Assembly (NCBI RefSeq): GCF_004010195.1
Contig: NC_057750.1
Location: 18,923,860 to 18,987,596 of the forward strand
DNA: 63,737 nucleotides
Origin: Chiloscyllium plagiosum
Lineage: Eukaryota
Reading direction: 5' to 3'
Shown: piece by piece, positions 1 through 11,799 of the stretch
Numbering within the stretch: the stretch's first letter is position 1
Layout of the letters: each line of letters starts with the position of its first letter
Notes under the pieces: model-generated
What the model saw: the letters and a program-made list of their open reading frames with translations, nothing else
What the model was told of the DNA's origin: nothing
Databases searched by the model: none
Translations under genes and position numbers: made by a program

Positions 1-379
1 AGCTAGTAGCCTTCATTACACATACCTGCTACTGTTCCACTTGTGGAGACTATATTAAGAAAACATTTCCAAAGCTGCATAACTACTATCAGCCATATTC
101 TGCAGAGCGAGAAGGGCAGCTTTCAGTCATTTTGTGCTGCTCAGTTATGGGAGCCTTAACAAATACAGAAGTAGCATAGAATTAGGGAGACTGAAAAAAT
201 CTGCAATGCAGAAGGTTCTGGATCTCCTCATGCATGAACACGATCACAATATAAGTTTGTGTCGGGAACAACAAGTAAATCAGAAGGCAAATGGAATGTT
301 GCCCTTTGCTATAAGAGGTGCAGAGTTTTTTTTTAAAAGGAGGGAGATGTCGCAAAGCTTGTCCTTTTTTTTCTAAAAG

Positions 380-1780
380 TTGTTACTTTCTCAAGGATAC
401 TGTGCCCTTGACTTTTTTCTCCAGAGAAGTCATAGACCAGGCCTGGCAACGATCAAACTGTTTTGGTACAGAGATGAAAAGGATTTTGGGAGGCCTTTTG
501 TTTATATGTAAACAGATGAGACTTCAGGCCAAAGTGGTCATGTTTGGGAAGTGATCTGTATGATGAAAAGGGAGTGGTCAGCTGTCCAGATGAGTAGTTC
601 AGTTCAGCCCAGAACTAATTGGCAGTGCAACAGTGCTGTGTGGAAACACTCTCTCTCCTTCTGCTCTTCTACCTTCAATCTGTAAGCATCTGTTACTTTT
701 TAAAACTGTGTTTCAAGAGGGTTTGCTTATTGGGACTTCTGTGTATATTCGCAACAGTATAATTAAGTTTAGTTTGGATAGACTGAGCTCTGTAGAGGTT
801 CCTAATTCTGTTCTTTGTGTTCAATTGTGTAATTTTGTGATTAGGGTTTTGTCTGTTTAAAATCTGATATTCAACCTAGCTGCCTTACTGCAGGTAATTT
901 TCATTTGCACTTGCCAAAACAAAGTTATGGCAAGTACAGTTATGGTCTAAGTTGCCTAATCAAGAATATTTTGAGTGGTCTAGCCTAGTCCACAACAGTC
1001 TTCATTGAATCTTTGTGGTCCATCTTGGTCTAGATTTGGAAAGACAGTTGCTGCTCTCGCAACTGTGAAATATATATGTCATGGTAATCAGAAATATTGT
1101 GAAAATTCACTTTTCCAGAGACTCCAATTTGCAATGCATTCCATGAACCAGACAGTGACTAGAAGTTTCTGATGAGTTGCCTTATGGACTAGACCAGACT
1201 CCCTGAAAATATTTAAGAAGGTCATCTCGATGCTAACATTTTCTTATTTTAAATGCAGAAGTGAAGATGATAATCCAGGTGTGATACAACTGGTCAAACC
1301 ACTCGACTTTAAGCAAAGTAGAATTTATCTAAACACTACAATTGAAACACAAGCAAAATTTAGAATAAGTTCACTACTGGAAAACTTCACAGACCCAAAA
1401 CAGCAACTTACCTTATTAACTGTTCCAACATAGCAACATACCGTAAACACATCTCTTAACAAAAGAATAAATTCAAACACAGATTCTTACAGGCAGGATA
1501 AAACACCATCGAAAGAGATTTTAGAGAAAGTCAGTTAGAAATCATTTACTGAAGCTTGCAAACCTTCTGGTACTCAAAACATCTTCTTACTGGTAGAGTT
1601 AAAACAAAACCTAGAAAACTCTGAACTGGGAGAACTGACCACTCCCCTTCTATTACTAAACTGTTTTAGCTTTCCAGCTCCCCAGACTCTTCCTCTCCCC
1701 TGCCTTTGCAACCACTCTTCAAACAAACCCAGAACAAAATAATATTTTTAAAGTAACAGGATCATCAATAATCCTTATTT
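380..1780. repeat. Two LTR-like repeats in opposite orientation (about 380-997 plus, 1180-1770 minus); related elements at about 15075-15680, 24220-24835, 29720-30455, 42370-42985, 48000-48590
   Basis: Shared ...TGGTCCATAACA-like terminal motif, about 600 bp, several inserted within CR1 remnants. Confidence 0.4.
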
Positions 1781-1799
1781 CAGACCCAAATTAGACAGA

Positions 1800-4150
1800 C
1801 GATTGGTCACTTTAGGTCCGACGAGTTTCAGAGCCCAACAGGTTCAGTGTGTTGAAGTCATTAACAGACAATGTCTGGGAAACTAAAGCAGGTCTATAAA
1901 GTTGACACACCACAAAGGCCGAAAAGTACAATATGTATGGAGAAATCAATAATTCTGGAAATAAATTTGAAAATGTGTTAAGCTACATGTGAATGGCCAT
2001 ACCACTGAACAGGTTAGCAAACAGTGTCTCAGTGTTACCAGGTAAGTTTACGTGCCTTTAAAAGAAAACATTACAACGTTCCTCAATTAAACTACGGGAA
2101 GTTGGAGAAAATTAACTCAAAATAATAGGCCACATCACATCGAAGGTCAGATTCAAAATGAACAAGACAGTCTCAGTCTGATGTTCAAAATCAGAAATGT
2201 TCCCCTTCTAATGAATGAATGTCTGGTAACAGATGACGTTAACTCATGAGAACAGCTGCATACAAAAGGTGCAGATTCAAGGGCATGATTTTAGAGGAGA
2301 ATTCTCAAGATTTTTTGGAAATTTGAAGCTAGAATATCACATTGCCTTAAAAAGAATGTAAAGCCAATTCAATTTCATACTACAAAGGTCACGTCCACTT
2401 TTGTGCACGCTTTAAAAAATATCATCTGCTCAGACAAGGTGCAATTTCACTCGTTACAGTTTCTAGGGGATAACGTTCAGTCATGGCTGCAGTTCCTAAA
2501 TCTATTGGGACTGTAATAATCTGAACCTAAAGCAATGACATTTTTCCAAATCTAACGGTCCAATACATTATTTAATTGGTTAAACGCGTATTTTAAATTT
2601 GCTGATTTCAATGGATGAAAGTCGAGCAAGAGAACGCTATTCACCAAAATTGACACAACCGTTGTTTTCAGAAACACCCCCATATGAAGATTTCAGAAAT
2701 CTGACTATTTTTGTCTCACCATTTAAAGTGATATTAATTAAAGAAGTCACTTTTAAAAAAAATAGCGAAGGCCACTGAAATTTCCCAAAGCATGCCTACA
2801 AACAGATAGAAATGTACTAATAGCGTAGTATGTCCCACATGTGGCATGGCGCCACCATTGAAGACCATGACTGAAGAGCTAACGCAGTCAGAGCAGCGGT
2901 TCACAATGCAAGTCCAATGTTGAATTAGAAGTGCGAGTTTGCACAGACTCAGTTCTAGGTATCCCAGTCAACCTGTAGAACACTACGACCAATAAAGATT
3001 TTCCACTAGCATCAAATTACTAAGTTTTAAAGATTCCCTTGAATATAAACCAGGTAAAAATCTTGTTTCCAAGTGTAGCAGAAGTACATTTTTCTTTGAG
3101 AAAGGGAGCACGCCAGTGTTAACAGTGAACAGAGTGATTAAATCCAACAACTCATGATCAGAAATACTGGCATTTACTAATACAAGCCTGGACCATCATA
3201 GCACCCAATGCATCTTCAGCAGGAATAGGGAAAGTACTCTGTCAGGTATAGGAAGATGAAAAACAGAATCTTTCTGGATCACTCGTTGAGACGGACCAGC
3301 AACATGCAAAGATTGAAGTGATTTTAGCGTAGGCCTGCTGACTATTTAATAAGACTGCAGTTTAATAAGACTGCAGCTATAAACCATTGATCACCCTGCT
3401 GAATACAAAATGGTGACAGCTATGACACAACTCCAGAATTCTAGAGCTCAGATTGAGGCTGATGACGTACGGCTTAGCCATTCAATTTGTGCAGGTGAAG
3501 TACTAGATACCATTCAGGATAACAGTAATTATACAGTGAAAACAGATTTCGCCTTCACTTAGGAGGCTGAAGTCTATATCTCAGGAGTCAGAAAAGATAT
3601 ACCACCCACAGAAAGAAAACTAGATATTTCAGGAAGCTCAAAAATGTGATGTAGAATGTAACTTAATGTCGAATGTGTCTTACGTATTTGATGGAGCTGC
3701 TCAGGCAATATAATCAATACGTCCAGCTTCTGCCAGGACTTGGAGCAATGTCCACACCTCAGTCTCATCAATGACTTTCCAAAGTTTGAAGAGTAATTGG
3801 TGATACTAGGACCAACAATACCTGAAATTCTTCAGATAATTCATCTGGACCGTTTAGTCATTACAAGGTGTTATTCAAGAGTGCAACTGTCAGTATGGCG
3901 TCCAGAGGTTTCTTAAGATGCAACGAAATATTTGTTTTTAAAAAGTGAAAAGGGCTAGGAGTCAAACAGCAGCATTTTGGAGACTAATTGCAGTTTGATA
4001 CCATGCAGACGATTAAAAGCAAATGTCATATCGAGTGGAAGTTGTCGCAAAATACCCACGAAGTTGTGGATCAACTTGGAGGTTTCAACCTTCATGCTGG
4101 TGATTTTTGCTTGCAACTCTTTGTGATATAATAAATATGAGAGAGACAGA
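1800..4150 (+). mobile_element. Decayed Gypsy-like LTR retrotransposon pol remnant (partial copies at about 18000-19200 and 33030-34220)
   Basis: About 3830-3905 translates as LQIIHLDRLVITRCYSRVQLSVWRP, resembling the Gypsy integrase zinc-binding region (IHxGHLGITKC..RA..SVWWP); no intact ORF. Confidence 0.55.
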
Positions 4151-4199
4151 AGAAAGAACTGAATTTGTCATGATTACTAAAAATTCAGAAGACTCTGAA

Positions 4200-4492
4200 T
4201 CCCTCCAGTGTGGAGACGGATCTTTCAGTCCAACAAGTCCACACCGACCCTTCAAAGAGTTACCCACCCAGACCCTAACCTATGCACCGCTGAACACTGT
4301 GGGCAATATAGCATGGCCAGTTCACCTGAGCTGCACATGCTTGTGCTTGGGACAAAACCTGAGCACAAGAAGGAAACCTACTCAGACACGCAGAGAATGT
4401 GCGAACTCCACACAGTCACCCGAGGCTCGAAGTGAATTTGGGTTTCTAATGCTGTGAGGCAGCATTACTAACCACTGCGCCACGGCGTCACC
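4200..4492 (-). mobile_element. HE1-like tRNA-derived SINE (orthologous copies at about 19230-19510 and 34255-34535)
   Basis: Reverse complement begins with GTGGCGCAGTGGTTAG (A-box-like), with the same body as the other SINE copies. Confidence 0.75.
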
Positions 4493-4927
4493 CACAATAT
4501 AGCTGCAAGTAGATAAATAGCTTTCTGATATTCCTGAGTAATAAGTTCAAGCAAAGTTGAGTAGTCCCCACGTTTCCGGGATAAATCATTTGGTAATGGT
4601 TTTCTACCAACCCCAGATCATAAGAGTTGGATATCCTCTTCCATCATTTCCTTTCTTGTGGAACCATGGATGAGACGCGTGAATTTCGTTGACCTTGAGC
4701 GCCATCTGCTGATCCTGTGGAGAAAGAAATGTTTTTACTGTTTTCCGAGACAACCGTCATCGACTTTCAGTTGCGGGCTCAACTTTAGTAATCCAATTCC
4801 AGTGCATTTATATCTACTTTTTAAAAATACGTCTATTCTCATTGTAATCGACGCGGCCACTCTGCATAACGTAAACAAAACAGTGTCTGATTTTGTTACA
4901 TACAGCAGTTCCCTGTTGCCTTCAGGA

Positions 4928-4966
4928 GGTTTTTGTTGAGCTGCTCCCTCTCTCTGCGTCACTGTG
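4928..4966 (-). other. 23-RSS of V A1
   Basis: CACAGTG (4960-4966), 23-nt spacer, ACAAAAACC (4928-4936). Confidence 0.95.
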
Positions 4967-5402
4967 AAGACTCCAGGCGCAGTAATACACGGCTGAATGA
5001 TTCGCTTGAAGGCTGGAGGACTTCAGGTTGAACACAGAAGCACTTGGTCGCTCAGCGGTGAAACCGTCCACTATCCCGTCTGGAATCACATACTGTGTAG
5101 TACTGGAGTAAAACAATAGCTGCAGTTCCTTCCCTGGATATTGTCTATACCAGTACATGTAATCATCACTGGCTACCTCAACCATACACTTCAGTTCCAC
5201 ACTGTCGCTAACAACTTTGGAAACATATGGGGGAGTCTGGTGGACAGTCACTGAGTTCACGTCTGAGGAAGAGATGGAGAGAAAGAATGTCAATCAAGTG
5301 TTTGGAGAACGTGAAATAAATTAAACAGATAACGTTATGAAAGGAAATAATAAGATATCACTTACATCGAAACAAAATCATGAGACACACTATCAGATGC
5401 AT
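4967..5402 (-). CDS. TRBV: TCR V gene segment, family A copy 1 (TRBV30-like), apparently functional; leader exon 5366-5402, V exon 4967-5262
   Basis: Leader MHLIVCLMILFR with GTAAG donor and CAG acceptor. Open V exon (VTVHQTP..LKC..MYWYRQYPGKELQLLFY..FNLKSSSLQANHSAVYYCAWS) followed by a canonical 23-RSS. Confidence 0.9.
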
Positions 5403-5505
5403 CTTTTACTTCAAATTTTCTTGTCGCCGAAAAAGAGCCAACCGGAGAAAATCCAATCACTTTAAAACGAAAACTTTCAAATGACTTAGAAAATGTAAAG
5501 GGATA

Positions 5506-5518
5506 CGGAAGTGATGCA
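5506..5518. promoter_or_regulatory. ETS/CRE-like promoter motif of family A (also 20454-20466, 35542-35554)
   Basis: CGGAAGTGA(T/C)GCA about 100-115 nt upstream of the ATG in all three A copies. Confidence 0.5.
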
Positions 5519-6222
5519 GGTTTGAACAATGTACCCCTCCCACTTAGTCTGAAAATCCCACCCCTCTCTCTCCATGATTGGCTGAAGGAAAGCAGTTAAG
5601 AGCAACAGATGTCAAAGGAGACAGAGATAATGAATGTTGGTGGACAAAGCAGGGGCAGATAGTTTAACGTGGACATAGAGTCATAGTCAAAGAGGTGGAC
5701 GCAGATCTAACTCGTCCATACCGACCAGATATCCTAAAATAATCTAGTCCCATTTCCTGGCACTTGTCCCATATCTCTCAGGTTACCGACGATCTGCCAA
5801 AGTAAGAGAAGTCAGTGTAGTACGAACTGTTGAAAAGCGAGCACCTCTGGAGATGTGAATGAATTGCATTGTCTCCCGTCGGAATGCATATGGAATTTAT
5901 GGATAATTGTAGAATACATCATGAAATCTAATCAAACGTTTGCCTCTATTTCAAGAGAACGGGATTCAACATCGAGGAAGTTTTTGTTGAAAACACTGAC
6001 CAGATTCCGTCTAGAAAATGTATTTCAGTCCCGGGCACATGCCACAGGCAGGGCGTCTTCGGCTTAGAGGGGGTGCTTAGTGGATTCAGGAGCATGATAT
6101 GGGGTTTTAAGGATTCAATAATAAGGACAATTTGCAATAAACTGTCTGTGTTGAGTACAGAAAATTGGGGGTAATCCACCGGTGAACCTTCTTTTCCACT
6201 TTGACACGAATATTCTCTCAAC

Positions 6223-6278
<56 letters not shown>
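6223..6278. repeat. (CT)n(CA)n microsatellite
   Basis: Direct reading. Confidence 0.95.
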
Positions 6279-6280
<2 letters not shown>

Positions 6281-6904
6281 CGCTTGGTGGTATTACTTCA
6301 TTCAAGATTCTTTTCGGTTAACAAAATAAAGCCGGACCTCAGCTCAACACCGACGATTCAAAGCGGGACGTCCCGCCCAAAGTGCATTGCTTAACCCGAG
6401 ATAACATCTCTTGTACGTTGATCAATCCTTTAATTATCTAGGGACAAAAAGTTGAAAGGAACCTGGAATTTGTATTTTCATCAGCAGTCTACCTCCTACC
6501 TGGTTAAAGATTCAACCAGGGCACTTAGATTTAAAGTTGTAAACATCTTAATTTATAAATACTGTGTCTTATACCTCCCTATCAGACCACGCCTGAGGAA
6601 GGTGCGGACCTCCAAAAGCTTGCAATTTTAAATAAACGTTTTGGACAATAACCAGGTATAATTTGATTTTTGATCTTGTCCACCCCAGTCCAATTCCGGC
6701 ATCTCCACATCATGAATAATATTTAGGGTGGGAGCTGGAATAATGCATCTAAGATAATAATCAGATGGAACCTCATTAGATGCGTGAAGGGGACTCCAGG
6801 GTCTCTATGAGGTTTATGATTCCTGTGTTTTTGCTGTGCAATAGGTTCAAAGGACACCCTCGGCTGTGCAATTGCTGAAAGAGAACGCCAGCTCTTTGTT
6901 TGTT

Positions 6905-7210
6905 TCTTGCGGTTCTGTTCGTCGAGCTGGGAATTTGTGTTGCAGACGTTTCGTCCCCTGTCTCGGTGACATCCTCAGTGCTTGGGAACCTCCTGTGAAG
7001 CGCTTCTGTGTTGTTTACTCAGGCATTTATAGTGGTTAGTCTCTGCCGCTTCCGGCTGTCAGCTCCAGCTGTCCATTGCAGTAGCCGATACATTGAGTCC
7101 AGGTCGATGTGTTTGTTGATATAATCTGTGGATGCGTGCCATGTCTCTACAAATTCTCTGGCTGTTCTCTGTTGGCTTGTCCTATAAGAGTAGTGCTGTC
7201 CCAGTCGAAC
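6905..7210 (-). mobile_element. Penelope-like element 3' fragment with hammerhead motif
   Basis: CTGAGGA..GAAACGTC core at 6942-6981 plus ORF-end remnant. Confidence 0.55.
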
Positions 7211-7588
7211 TCATAGAACATAGAACAATACACCATAGAACAGGCTCTTCGGCCCACGATGTTGTGCCGAACATTTGTCCTAGCTTAAGCACCCATCCTT
7301 GTACCTATCCAATTGCCGCTTGAAGGTCACCAAAGATTCTGACTCTATCATCTCCACAGGCAGCGCATTCAATGCCCCCACCACTCTCTGGGTAAAGAAC
7401 TCACCCCTGACATCTCCCCTATTCCTTCCACCCTCACCTTAAATTTATGTCCCCTTGTAACATTCTGTTGCACCCGGGGAAAAAAGTTCTGACTGTCTAC
7501 TCTATCTATTCCTCTGATCATCTTATAAACCTCTATCAAGTCACCCCTCATCCTTCGCCGTTTCAACGAGAAAAAGCCTAGCACTCTC

Positions 7589-8088
7589 NNNNNNNNNNNN
7601 NNNNNNNNNNNNNNNNNNNNNNNNNNNNNNNNNNNNNNNNNNNNNNNNNNNNNNNNNNNNNNNNNNNNNNNNNNNNNNNNNNNNNNNNNNNNNNNNNNNN
7701 NNNNNNNNNNNNNNNNNNNNNNNNNNNNNNNNNNNNNNNNNNNNNNNNNNNNNNNNNNNNNNNNNNNNNNNNNNNNNNNNNNNNNNNNNNNNNNNNNNNN
7801 NNNNNNNNNNNNNNNNNNNNNNNNNNNNNNNNNNNNNNNNNNNNNNNNNNNNNNNNNNNNNNNNNNNNNNNNNNNNNNNNNNNNNNNNNNNNNNNNNNNN
7901 NNNNNNNNNNNNNNNNNNNNNNNNNNNNNNNNNNNNNNNNNNNNNNNNNNNNNNNNNNNNNNNNNNNNNNNNNNNNNNNNNNNNNNNNNNNNNNNNNNNN
8001 NNNNNNNNNNNNNNNNNNNNNNNNNNNNNNNNNNNNNNNNNNNNNNNNNNNNNNNNNNNNNNNNNNNNNNNNNNNNNNNNNNNNNNNN
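7589..8088. other. Assembly gap (500 N)
   Basis: Run of N. Confidence 1.
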
Positions 8089-8452
8089 GTGTGGCGGTGA
8101 AACCGTCCGTCGCTCCTTCTTTATTCACATTTCCAGTAGCTGCAGAATAAAACATCAGCTGCAGCTCCTTTCCCGGGTATTGTCTGTACCAGTACATGTT
8201 ACCGCTACTCTCACCCTTCACCGTGCACCTCAACTCCACTGCCTTGCCGAGGGGCCTGGAGACGCTGCTGGGAGTCTGATCAACTCTCACTGTCTTCAAG
8301 TCTGAGAAAGGGAAAAGGTCAGTAAACAGAGCAATTGTCATCGAGAAGGAGAAAGGAAAGGAATAAAGCATAAATTATGGTTGTTCCCTCAAATTATTGG
8401 CAAACAATCACTTACATTGCAATAACGTCAAGAGGCTCAGTAAGAGATACAT
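8089..8452 (-). CDS. TRBV: TCR V gene segment, family B copy 1, 3' end lost in assembly gap; leader 8416-8452, V exon starts 8301
   Basis: Leader MYLLLSLLTLLQ with GT/AG sites intact. V exon VRVDQTP..LRCTVKGESSGNMYWYRQ.. is open until the N-run. Confidence 0.85.
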
Positions 8453-9867
8453 CTTTTTTACTTTAAGCTTTTCCTGTATGAATGCGAACAGAGTCCAATC
8501 TTGTCTGGAACTGGAACCAGCTGCTTTCAAGTCAATGAGAGGAACCTGACGGATTCAGGAAATGACTTGGGTGTGCACATGTTCCTCCCCCTCAGATGGA
8601 AAGCTCCCTCTCTCTCTCTCTCTCTCTGTGTTTCTTGTTGCAAGTGGAACAGTGGTGAACAGGAGGTGTCCAAAGGGAAGCGACAGTGGACAAGCCACTG
8701 GCAGGTACAGCTCAAGATTGGATTCTGTTGCTTTGTGGGATTCGTTAACCACAGTTACCGAATATTGGCAGTCGGCAATTTGTAGCAATAGCTGATATTT
8801 TGTGGAATTTGTAAAGAGGCAGCAGTTTCATTAGATGAAGAACGCATCCGACCGTGACAGATGAGAACACTTCTCCGATCGCGAAACCCTTCTCCAGAAT
8901 GGAAGGGGCAGGGCAGCAGTTTTGGATCGTGCCTGAAACTTTGGTGATAGCCTTTGCTAATAAAATACTTCTTTGACCCTAGGGCTACTGTGGAGAACTC
9001 CTGATCTTCTCCCAACGATATGGGGTCTCGCTTCCTTCTCATTCTTCTTTTGGAGATTTCTTCACTCAGTGAACTTGTGGAATTCTCCACTACCAACGGC
9101 TGTGGAGGCCTAGTCACTGAATACATTCAAGAAAGAGAGTCTATTTTTAATTTCAAAGGCGTCAGTGTTTGGCTGTGGGGGGAGAAGGGAAGCAGGAATT
9201 TGGTCTTGAAACAGAGGATCATCAGTGATCATATTGTACGGCAGATTAGGCTCGAAGATGTGAATAGCTGACTCCTGTTCCGGTCGATGATTTTTTTCTG
9301 TTAAACGATTAAAGTCGAAACAAGTTACTTAACTCTCCCATTGTTACGGAAGTAGAGGTATTAATTGACTTGTAGAAGTTAAGGAGGATTTATTCGCCTT
9401 CACTGAGAGTTTTTATTTTCCCTCACTCAAGATGCCTGGCATTAACTCTCTCCCCTAAGCGCGACCAATGCTGCTAGTCAGTTTAAGACGCAGATTAATA
9501 TAGTTTAATCGCGTCAGTATGTAACTGAATAATCAGTGAAGGTGAATAGACTTAATTTATGCATTGCTCCACTCTGGTCTATTTGACTGGCGGCGCAAGT
9601 TTGAGGGCCAATCTTGTCTCTTCTTGTACCAGCACCCGGTGCAGTCCATGCTTCTGCAGCGTCCTTTAGTGCACCAATAGAAAAATAATATTAAATCCTC
9701 CTGGTGTCTTTTCACTGGTCTCTTCCCATTTCCATTAATCTCCCTTCCATGTTCTATCAATTGCTTATTTTCAGAGCATTTTTCCAAATCCAACCTGTAT
9801 ATCTCCAAATTCCACATTCTTACGATCTCGGCACAACAAAAGTTTCTCCTGACTTCCCGTTTGGATC

Positions 9868-10268
9868 TGAGCGTCGGAAGCTGAGGGGTGATCTTATAGA
9901 GGTTTACAAAATTATTAGGGGCATGGATTGGATAAATAGGCAAAGTATTTTCCCTGGGGTCCGGGAGTCCAGAACTAGAGGGCATAGGTTCAGGATGAGA
10001 GGGGAAAGATAAAACAGACCTAAGGGGCAACTTTTTCACACAGAGAGTGGTACCGGTATGGAATGAGCTGCCAGAGGAAGTGGTGGAGGATGGTACAATT
10101 GCAACATTTAAGAGGCATTTGGATGAGTATATGAATAGGAAGGATTTGGAGGGATATGGGCCGGGTGCTGGCAGGTGGGACTACATTTGCTTGGGATATC
10201 TGGTCGGCATGGACGGGTTGGACCGAAGTGTCAGTTTCCATGCTGGACATTCATATGACTCTATGACT
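9868..10268 (+). mobile_element. CR1 LINE 3' fragment, present only in cassette 1
   Basis: RRKLRGDLIEVYKII..RTRGH RT C-terminus with an ATGACTCT tail. Confidence 0.85.
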
Positions 10269-10993
10269 GTCGTGACCTTGAGTTTAGAAGTTCCGCAGAG
10301 CCGAAACTATTCAATTCAGTTTTCAATAGCTTCCTGCTTTTCAGCAGGTACGAACCTGTTCAAACTTTCTTGGTGGTTGACAGCTTTATCTTTATTCAAT
10401 TTTATGTTCACCCCCAGCACTATTAAGTTACCAAGAAGGATGTAGTGGTTTTGAGGGGTTGCAGAAAAGATCTGCAAGACCGTTGCTTGGCTTGGAAGAT
10501 ATTGAGGCGTCAGAGGATGAAGAGTGATCTGATGAAAATTTATGAAATTGAAAAGCATGAACAGAATGGACAGTCGAAGTCTTTTTCCTCAGGGTAGAAA
10601 TATCATTTATTTGGGGACATAAGTTTAAGGTAAAATGAATAAATTTAATGGAAATGTGAGAGGCACGTTTTTGTTTAAAAAATACTCAGTCTGCTAAGTG
10701 CTGGAATGCGCTGGTACAGAAGGTGATGGAGGCGGATGCAACAGCAACTTTTAAGAGTCATCTTGACGTATACACGAAGAGGCAGGGAATGCAGCGTAGA
10801 GGTTTCCAGTTCAGAAAGGCGTCGTGTGTCGAGACAGGCTTGAAGGATTTGTTCCTGTGCTCCATGTTTTGTTCTAACAATATCTCTACACGTCATTACT
10901 TTTTTATTCCCGCCGTTGTTGTCCATGATTTTACAAAACCAGAAAAATATCGTTAGGTTTTGACGTTGACATTTGCTTCCTGTCAGCGTTTGG

Positions 10994-11019
10994 GGTTTTT
11001 GTTGAGCTGAGTCACTGTG
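10994..11019 (-). other. Shortened RSS of V C1 (10-bp spacer)
   Basis: CACAGTG (11013-11019), 10 nt, ACAAAAACC (10994-11002). Confidence 0.9.
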
Positions 11020-11539
11020 AAGACTCCAGGCGCAGTAATACACGTGATTTGCCTGGAGGTTGGAGGACATCAGGCTGAACTTAGTGTTATCCGGTCGGTC
11101 AGCGGTGAAACCGTCCACCGGCTCCTGTGGATTCACGTACTGTGCTGTACTGGAGTAAAACATCAGCTGCAGCTCTTTTCCCGGGGTCTGGCTGTACCAG
11201 TACAAGTTGGGATTGCTACTGCTGCTGCCCTCCACATAGCACTCCAGTTTCACTCCCTCTCCGGGAAATCTGGAGACGGCGGCGGGGTTCTGGTGGATAG
11301 TCTCTGATTTCACATCTGAGGAAAAGACGGGGAGAGGAAGAGGTCAGTAATTGGGGATAGAGTCGTGGAGAAAGAAAAAAGAAACGTACCGAATGTAGAA
11401 AAGGTGGTGTACAGCGAAATAGAGTGAGAGCAGGAGTGCAGGATAGCCGGTTGAAAGAAATGTACAGGTTGAAATATGATTGTAAATTAGACAGTCCCTT
11501 ACGGTGAAACGCGACGAGCAGAGTCAACAACAGATACAT
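11020..11539 (-). CDS. TRBV: TCR V gene segment, family C copy 1; open ORF with a 2-aa FR3 deletion and a defective 10-bp-spacer RSS; leader 11503-11539, V exon 11020-11315
   Basis: Leader MYLLLTLLVAFH; SETIHQNP..LECYVEGSSSSNPNLYWYSQ..QANHVYYCAWS (SA missing compared with copy 3). Confidence 0.85.
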
Positions 11540-11799
11540 CTTCCACTTTTTTTTAGCAATATTTATTGTTCGTGAGACAACATTAGAAATACAATGCACC
11601 TCCCTCTCCCTCTGATTGAGTGCCGAGCCCTTCTCTCTTACGCGCAATGATAGCCCCGCCCCAGGCCAGTTTCCGCCCCGCCTCTCCCATTCTGATTGGA
11701 TGATCCGGAGCTGCCAGCAGTACGAACTACTCAACACACCTTGGTGATTGGCGGAGGGATAATATTGTGGAGGGGCCAGAGCTCAAATTCGCGAAAACC

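Noticed and set aside
7541-8371. 276-aa ORF
   Set aside because: Artefact of reading through 500 N, joining the V B1 exon to a LINE fragment
11216-11737. 173-aa and 195-aa ORFs (also 27919-28506) spanning promoter, leader and intron
   Set aside because: Unspliced read-through of the leader exon that is out of frame with the V exon; their identity reflects DNA duplication
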